Under the pieces are notes generated by a model. The model was not told where the DNA came from. It did not search any database and was given only the letters and a program-made list of their open reading frames with translations. 64,000 bases of DNA from Squalus acanthias (Eukaryota), in NCBI GenBank assembly GCA_030390025.1, contig CM059432.1:146260001-146324000 (forward strand), read 5' to 3'. Shown one piece after another: positions 63,301-64,000 of this stretch. Numbering within the stretch: position 1 is the stretch's first letter; each line of letters begins with the position of its first letter. Position numbers and translations under genes: made by a program.

Positions 63301-63896
63301 TCTATCTCTCTCTTTGTTCAGTCTCTCTCCTCTCTCTCTCTCATTGTTCAGTCTCTCTCTCTCTCATTGTTCAGTCTCTCTCTCTCTCTCATTGTTCAGT
63401 CTCTCTCTCTCTCTCATTGTTCAGTCTCTCTCTCTCTCTCTCTCATTGTTCAGTCTCTCTCTCTCTCTCATTGTTCAGTCTCTCTCTCTCTCATTGTTCA
63501 GTCTCTCTCTCTCTCATTGTTCAGTCTCTCTCTCTCTCTCATTGTTCAGTCTCTCTCTTTCTCGCTCTCTCATTGTTCAGTCTCTCTCTCTCTCTCATTG
63601 TTCAGTCTCTCTCTCTCTCATTGTTCAGTCTCTCTCTCTCTCATTGTTCAGTTTCTCTCTCATTGTTCTGTCTCTCTCTCTCTCATTGTTCAGTCTCTCT
63701 CTCTCTCTCTCATTCTTCAGTCTCTCTCTCATTGTTCAGTCTCTCTCTCTCTCTCTTATTGTTCAGTCTCTCTCTCTCTCTCATTGTTCAGTCTCTCTCT
63801 CTCTCGTTGCTCAGTCTCTCTCTCTCTCATTGTTCAGTCTCTCTCTCTCTCTCTCTTATTGTTCAGTCTCTCTCTCTCTCTCTCATTGTTCAGTCT
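54303..63896. repeat. Compound satellite CATTGTTCAG(TC)n, ~9.6 kb, with 50-N assembly gap at 58293-58342
   Basis: Direct reading; unit about 19-33 bp depending on TC run length. Confidence 0.98.
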
Positions 63897-64000
63897 CCTG
63901 TGGTCATCTCCCTCCAAAACAGGTATGCCACTTTGGATACTGTTGGGGGAGATGGCCTACCAGGGGTAGGCACTAGCAGCCAGGTTCATGGCACCATGGC
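63897..64000 (+). mobile_element. CR1 ORF1 fragment
   Basis: PVVISLQNRYATLDTVGGD, the linker motif preceding the CR1 esterase domain. Confidence 0.65.

Noticed and set aside
54118..63976. 3283-aa, 3244-aa and 1677-aa Ser/Leu-rich ORFs
   Set aside because: Artefact of a satellite whose plus strand lacks stop codons in all frames; the ORFs run through an N gap

Overview
Vertebrate genomic DNA, most likely from a cartilaginous fish (inferred from the dense CR1 LINEs, a SacSINE1/DeuSINE-like SINE and Penelope remnants), and mostly transposon-derived. Main contents: (1) an apparently intact, autonomous PIF/Harbinger DNA transposon at 11194-15335 (TIRs, TTG target-site duplication, intact DDE transposase, and a convergent three-exon Myb/SANT gene that splices to 458 aa), plus two decayed relatives, two Myb remnants and Harbinger-type MITEs; (2) a young 5'-inverted Penelope-like element with a 16-bp TSD, and four minimal hammerhead ribozyme motifs from two Penelope-type families; (3) the 3' end of a hAT (Buster/Charlie-type) element; (4) many CR1, other APE-RT LINE, L2 and RTE fragments, some nested three deep; (5) a probable host first coding exon at 21604-21877 (MGSVTS N-myristoylation-type start, gene not identified), preceded by a ~57-bp minisatellite split by four insertions; (6) a 29-bp minisatellite and a ~9.6-kb CATTGTTCAG(TC)n satellite with an assembly gap, which explains the spurious >3000-aa ORFs. 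No CRISPR array, rRNA or bona fide tRNA gene was seen.
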